A stretch of 20,000 nucleotides of DNA from an uncultured virus (IMG/VR IMGVR_UViG_3300035428_000406) (Duplodnaviria; Heunggongvirae; Uroviricota; Caudoviricetes): IMG/VR virus record IMGVR_UViG_3300035428_000406; one strand, given 5' to 3'. The translations under genes were made by a program, and so were the position numbers. The notes beneath the pieces are model-generated. The model was not told the origin of the DNA and ran no database searches. It saw only the letters and a list, made by a program, of their open reading frames with translations. Numbering within the stretch: position 1 is the first letter of the stretch; each line of letters begins with the position of its first letter. Below, piece by piece: positions 15,576 to 20,000 of the stretch.

Positions 15576-15654
15576 ATATTACTTTCCCAATTTTGGGAAA
15601 ATGACTGAGAATGAGGCCAATCGATTAGCGGCGCAGGCTGCCATCGAAGAGTAA
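15559..15654 (+). CDS. 31-aa ORF, possibly a gene truncated at the element junction
   Basis: Own translation MNQDTKYYFPNFGKMTENEANRLAAQAAIEE; overlaps the upstream stop. Confidence 0.4.
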   Translation: MNQDTKYYFPNFGKMTENEANRLAAQAAIEE

Positions 15655-15699
15655 GGAACAGTCAATAAAATTAGTCTTAAGGCTAATATCCAATAAGTT

Positions 15700-15734
15700 A
15701 AAGAGGTATCCCCAATCTCGGGGATGCCTCTTTT
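15700..15734 (+). terminator. intrinsic terminator
   Basis: AAAGAGGTATCCCC-AATCTC-GGGGATGCCTC-TTTT. Confidence 0.8.
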
Positions 15735-15763
15735 ATTGTGTCTCTTTTGCTGTTTTCAGTATG

Positions 15764-15807
15764 ATGTTTGATGCTATGTTTGATAAAGATTTACTCTATG
15801 TTTGATA
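15764..15807 (+). repeat. three ATGTTTGAT direct repeats (integrase arm-type sites and/or promoter)
   Basis: Copies at 15764-15772, 15776-15784 and 15798-15806; TATGTTTG also fits TAnnTTTG. Confidence 0.6.
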
Positions 15808-15845
15808 TTCAAATCAATAGATAAATCACTTTTAATTAATCAAAT

Positions 15846-17042
15846 ATGGCAACTTTCAAAGCCTGTGTGAGAACACCGAGGAATGATGGTCTATACTCAG
15901 TGTTTATCAGAGTCACACATAACAGAGTGGCACGATACATAGCCACAAACAAGACTATAGACAAAGGAAAGTTAAGAAAAGGAGAGATAAGAGACCCTGT
16001 AATCCTTTCCTACTGTTCAACTCTCATAAGGCAGTATGCCGAAAGGCTTAATGCAGTGGATATATCTTCGTGGGATATTAATGAGGTTGTAAGATACCTT
16101 ACTAATATCGACGGAGATATTTCTTTCTCCAAGTATGCCATAAAGTACATATTCAGAATGGCAGATGATTGGGGAATGAAAAGAAACTCCAAGAATTATC
16201 ATTGGGCTTTACTCTCCTTGCAGAAGTATCTCGGCAAAAGTGATGTGATGTTTTCAGACCTTACCACCAAAACTATTCAGAACTAGATTAACTCACTTTC
16301 TGCAACAAGCAGGGCTAAGGAAATGTACCCTGATTGCATAAGGATGATATATAATGCAGCTATGAATGAGTTTAATGATGAAGAAAAGAATATCATCAGA
16401 ATAAAGCACAATCCTTTCAAGAAGATAATTATTCCCAAGGCAGATGTGCCGGAGAAAAGGGCTGTATCAGTTGGAGCTTTACAGCAGTTCTTCAATGCGC
16501 CTGTACCTGAAAGCAAGATGAAAGAATCTTTGTCAGAGTTAGGTAGAGATGTGGCTGAAATGGTATTCTGTCTTGCAGGGATGAACACAGCTGATTTGTT
16601 TGAACTGAGGAAAGAAAACCTAAAGGATGAAACTTTATGCTATCATCGTCAGAAGACAAAGAAATTCAGACGTGACGGGGCTTATATAGAGGTTAAGATA
16701 CCTCAAAGGCTCATGCCTCTGTTTGAAAAGTACAGGTCTGACAATGATTATCTTCTCAACTTCAACCTCAGATACCAAGACAGCAACAGCTTCAATGTTA
16801 ATGTCAATAATGGTATCAAGAAATTCTGCAAGGCAAATAGTTTACCAAGTCTTTGTGTCTATACATTCCGGCATTCATGGGCTACAATAGCTCAAAATGA
16901 ATGTGGGGCATCAACCGCAGAAGTAGGCTTTGCCTTAAACCACTCATCGGCTCACAGGGTAACAGAGGGATATATTAGAAAGGACTATTCCCCTATAAGC
17001 ATCCTAAATAAGAAAGTCATTGATGTGGTATTTATGTCTTGA
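15846..17042 (+). pseudogene. int: tyrosine recombinase/integrase with in-frame TAG at 16284-16286
   Basis: The two track ORFs share one frame: TIQN*INSLSATSRAKEMYP. Arm-binding N-terminus (VFIRVTHNR), GMNTADL, RQKT, YTFRHSWAT, LNH and TEGYI. Confidence 0.88.
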
Positions 17043-17081
17043 AAAACAGCCTGTAACCCATTGGGTTATGGGCTGTTTTTT
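17042..17081. terminator. bidirectional intrinsic terminator
   Basis: AAAAACAGCCTGTAACCC...GGGTTATGGGCTGTTTTTT. Confidence 0.85.
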
Positions 17082-17116
17082 ATAATTTTGTGTATGGAAT
17101 AAAATTCCCCACCATA

Positions 17117-18707
17117 ATGGAGAAAGAAATAGAAAAGTGGAATGAATTAATTCAAAGAGATAGTTGGATTAGAAGTAAGCATGAGAGAGAAGTATTTTTG
17201 GCTTCACTCCCTCTTACTCACAGTATAATAAGCTCTCTGCCTATACCATATAAGTATGCTGGAGCTTATGCACTTATTCCAAGTAATTGGGATTATGAAA
17301 GACATATAGCTGAATATCCATTAACAGACTATCTATTTGTTAAAATACCTAATGGTAGAATTAAGACTATCAATAGAAATGGTGCAGTACAGAGCTATTT
17401 TGATAAGGATAGGCTGATGTATGTTATTGGATTGATTAGTTCTATTCCAGCGAAGAACAAAGACTCTATTACAGAAGATGGCTTTGTACTGATTAACTCA
17501 AAGTTACTACGTGATTTCTTTAAAGACTATCTGAGTTATTTGGATTATCTCCTTCAAACCCATGTGCTTATAACTGATGGAGAATACATTTCAGGAAAGA
17601 AATCTTTAGGCTATAAGTTTTCAGAACAATATAGTAATGTTCCGTTAACAGATTACCAATTTAACAATATTCCCCAACAAGAAAATTCGGGCATAAATCA
17701 AGAAATTTATGATGCTGAAAGTAGCTCTTTTGTTGCAAATCCTGTGCTTGAGTTCCCTTATTTATCTTATTGGTACTTCACTAAAGGATTGACAATACAA
17801 AAAAATGAAGCCATTGAATTTGCTGAATGTGAAAAGCAAAGAAAACTTGCATTGGGTAGAGAGTATTGGGATATTAATAAGGACTTATCTACTTCTAGCA
17901 GGATTGTTTATAAAAATCCCATAACCCAATATAATGCAGCCATCCATAATATCATTGCAATAGATTTATGCCAATATAATATCCAGATAGATAGTAATGT
18001 ACACAGACTGCATTCTGTCATTACTAATATTCAAAAATCATATCGTAAATTTTTGAGATATGGAGAGAATCAATTAGTTGGGATTGACATATCTAATAGC
18101 CAACCATATATTCTTTGCTTACTTCTCAATCCATCATTTTGGGAAAGACATAGCAACAATAATATAACTTTATGGCATCTTCCATCTAATATCCAACAAT
18201 ACTTTAGTGATGATAAGATAACAGAAATAATCGGCTACTTGCATACTTTAGACAATCAAAGTCTGAACGACTATATAATTAAAGGCATCGAATGGTCAAG
18301 TGTATGAATATATGAGGGATACTATAAATGGTACTGGATATTCCCTGTCACGAGACGATGTAAAAACAATGATGATGACTGTTTTATTCTCTGACAATAG
18401 GTATCTTCCACCACTTAAAAGACTATTCCGCCAAAACTTTCCTGCTATATATGGTTTAATAAAAATAATTAAACGAAGAGAACATAGAGCATTAGCTTGT
18501 CTTTTACAAAGCATTGAAAGTGAGATTGTATTACATAGATGTTGTAAAAGAATTTGGGATGAGTATAATCAAGAAATCCCTGTATTTACAATTCATGACT
18601 CAATTTGTACCACTCCTCAATATGTTGAGGTTGTCAGGAGCATTATGGGTAATGAATTTGAAAAGTCAATAGGACTAAGACCACATCTAAAGATTGAGAA
18701 TTATTAA
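17117..18707 (+). pseudogene. family-A-like (TV-Pol-like) polymerase/primase split by a +1 frameshift near 18281
   Basis: RLHS...IDISNSQP (motif A) in ORF1; RDDVK...VLF, LQSIES and TIHDSI (motifs B/C) in ORF2. The second frame opens at 18279. TAATTTTG promoter-like box at 17083-17090. Confidence 0.65.
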
Positions 18708-19120
18708 TCTCCACAAATAAGAACTTATCCAAAATCCCAAGATTTATGTTCATATTTTAGGGGATTAGGGCATGTGTAGATATTAAATAGTATAACTAAA
18801 TTTACTGTTTTAGCCATCTTGAACATGGAGGGCAAATGGCTTTCTGTGTGGTTTTGTCTGCATAAAAAGGTGCTACAGAGAGATAATTTTTGATTTTTTG
18901 ATTTTTTTTTTGCAAGTCTTACAATTTCTACAAGCATAGGGTAATCAGAGTAAATCCCCCCGTCAATATTGTTGTTGGGGTTGTCCCCCTGTGGGGTGTA
19001 GCATGGATTTCTAATTACCACTGCTCCCATTCTCTTTCCTAATTACCCCTCCTATTCCCATGACAACATCAATGCAGGGGAATAGTCCGTTGCATAATCC
19101 AACAATAAATCAACACAAGT

Positions 19121-19390
19121 ATGGAAAGACTACATTTCGTTGAAACCCTCTCAATAGAGGATTTCAAGACCCGACAGAAAGTCGAGAAGATTGAGGTAAA
19201 ACAGAATCCTCAGACTGGTAAGTGCTTCTTTGTCTATGGCATGCAGACAGGAGCAGTATCAGACAAATTCCTCAATGGTGGCATAACCTGTCCTGTAATC
19301 TCGCAGGTATGCTCCCCCGAAACAGGTGACATGTTCTATATGCTCCATCAGAAAGGAGATGGAGGTGCGCCTGTATTGGCAACTCTCTAA
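19121..19390 (+). CDS. small hypothetical protein (89 aa)
   Basis: ATG ORF with an A-rich leader, followed by a hairpin. Confidence 0.8.
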   Translation: MERLHFVETLSIEDFKTRQKVEKIEVKQNPQTGKCFFVYGMQTGAVSDKFLNGGITCPVISQVCSPETGDMFYMLHQKGDGGAPVLATL

Positions 19391-19404
19391 AAAAGGACCT
19401 TATA

Positions 19405-19445
19405 AGACAGGCAGTAGGAGTGAAATCTTGCTGCCTGTTTTATTT
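19405..19445 (+). terminator. terminator-like hairpin
   Basis: AGACAGGCAGTAGGA-GTGAAA-TCTTGCTGCCTGTTT-TATTT. Confidence 0.7.
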
Positions 19446-19487
19446 CGGTCTATCTGTATCAAGCAACTAACTAATACAAATAAGAAT

Positions 19488-20000
19488 ATGCAGTTAAGAA
19501 AATCATCCAAGAAGCAAGCAAAGATAAAGCTTGCAATGCAAGGACCTGCGGGCAGTGGTAAGACGATGAGTGCCTTATTATTAGCCTATGGGCTATGTGG
19601 CGATTGGACTAAGATTGCAGTTATAGACAGCGAGAATAACTCTGCTGATCTATATGCTCACTTAGGACAATACAATGTACTCCCTCTTGAGGGAAAGTAT
19701 GCCCCCGAAACATACATTGATGCCATCAAGGTATGTGAAAAGGCTGGTATGGAAGTTATCATCATTGATTCCATGAGTCAGTGTTGGGATAATCTGCTTG
19801 AATATCATGCCTGTCTCCCCGGCAATTCTTTCACAAACTGGCAAAAGGTCACTCCGAGAATGACATCACTTATTCAGATGATACTTGGAGTGAACTGCCA
19901 TGTAATCTCTACAATGAGGTGCAAGCAGGATTATGTCATGTCAGAGAAGAACGGCAAAATGGTTCCTGAGAAAGTAGGCTTAAATGGAAAAGGCGCGTGA
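19488..20000 (+). CDS. AAA_24/Sak4-like P-loop ATPase, apparently truncated
   Basis: MQLRKS..., Walker A GPAGSGKT, IAVIDSEN, Walker B IIIDS; stop at 19998-20000 soon after PEKVGL. Confidence 0.8.
   Translation: MQLRKSSKKQAKIKLAMQGPAGSGKTMSALLLAYGLCGDWTKIAVIDSENNSADLYAHLGQYNVLPLEGKYAPETYIDAIKVCEKAGMEVIIIDSMSQCWDNLLEYHACLPGNSFTNWQKVTPRMTSLIQMILGVNCHVISTMRCKQDYVMSEKNGKMVPEKVGLNGKGA

Larger units (their letters stand above)
1..15654. mobile_element. Bacteroidales-type prophage, early/middle (immunity, recombination, replication) region; continues left of the window
   Basis: Tightly packed co-oriented minus-strand genes with ATGA overlaps (RecT, PD-(D/E)XK exonuclease, SNF2, DUF4373, DnaC-like, dUTPase, YopX), a divergent XRE repressor and a Bacteroidetes TAnnTTTG promoter. 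The right boundary is inferred from the composition change. Confidence 0.9.
15655..20000 (+). mobile_element. AT-rich integrative element (integrase, polymerase-like gene, small gene, AAA ATPase), apparently decaying
   Basis: Composition shift, integrase with upstream direct repeats and three disrupted genes. Confidence 0.65.

Noticed and set aside
15583..15600. Palindrome TTTCCCAATTTTGGGAAA
   Set aside because: A single occurrence inside a short ORF with no matching site elsewhere.
15846..17042. TAG stop-codon reassignment (alternative genetic code) explaining the split integrase
   Set aside because: Other genes are not fragmented, TAG ends normal genes (1128, 12559) and no CUA suppressor tRNA is seen.
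18725..19030. Minus-strand 101-aa ORF and short repeats (CTAATTACC x2 near 19011 and 19039)
   Set aside because: The ORF crosses homopolymer, low-complexity sequence with no motif, and the repeats are too short to call an origin.

Overview
Positions 1 to about 15650 are the early/middle region of a Bacteroidales-type temperate prophage. One long minus-strand operon runs from a small cro-position gene through small accessory genes, a stand-alone MutS domain I, an Xis-like HTH protein, a ~650-bp non-coding RNA cassette, RecT, a RecE-like nuclease, an SNF2/HARP helicase, HU, DUF4494, DUF1064, a DUF4373 initiator, a DnaC-like ATPase, dUTPase, ASCH and YopX. It is transcribed divergently from an XRE repressor and a small membrane protein. 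From about 15655 the sequence becomes clearly more AT-rich and looks like a separate, decaying integrative element: a tyrosine integrase with an in-frame TAG, a frameshifted family-A-like polymerase, a small conserved gene and an AAA ATPase that stops early. The most unusual feature is the non-coding cassette at 11968-12551. It holds three tRNA-like cloverleaves with non-canonical anticodon arms and two terminator-like hairpins. It also holds a short segment, just 3' of the last tRNA-like unit, that is complementary to the start-codon regions of at least five or six genes in the same operon. This suggests a tRNA-processing-released, multi-target antisense RNA system reminiscent of P1 c4 and P4 CI RNA. 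All family calls come from motif recognition by eye; no searches were run.
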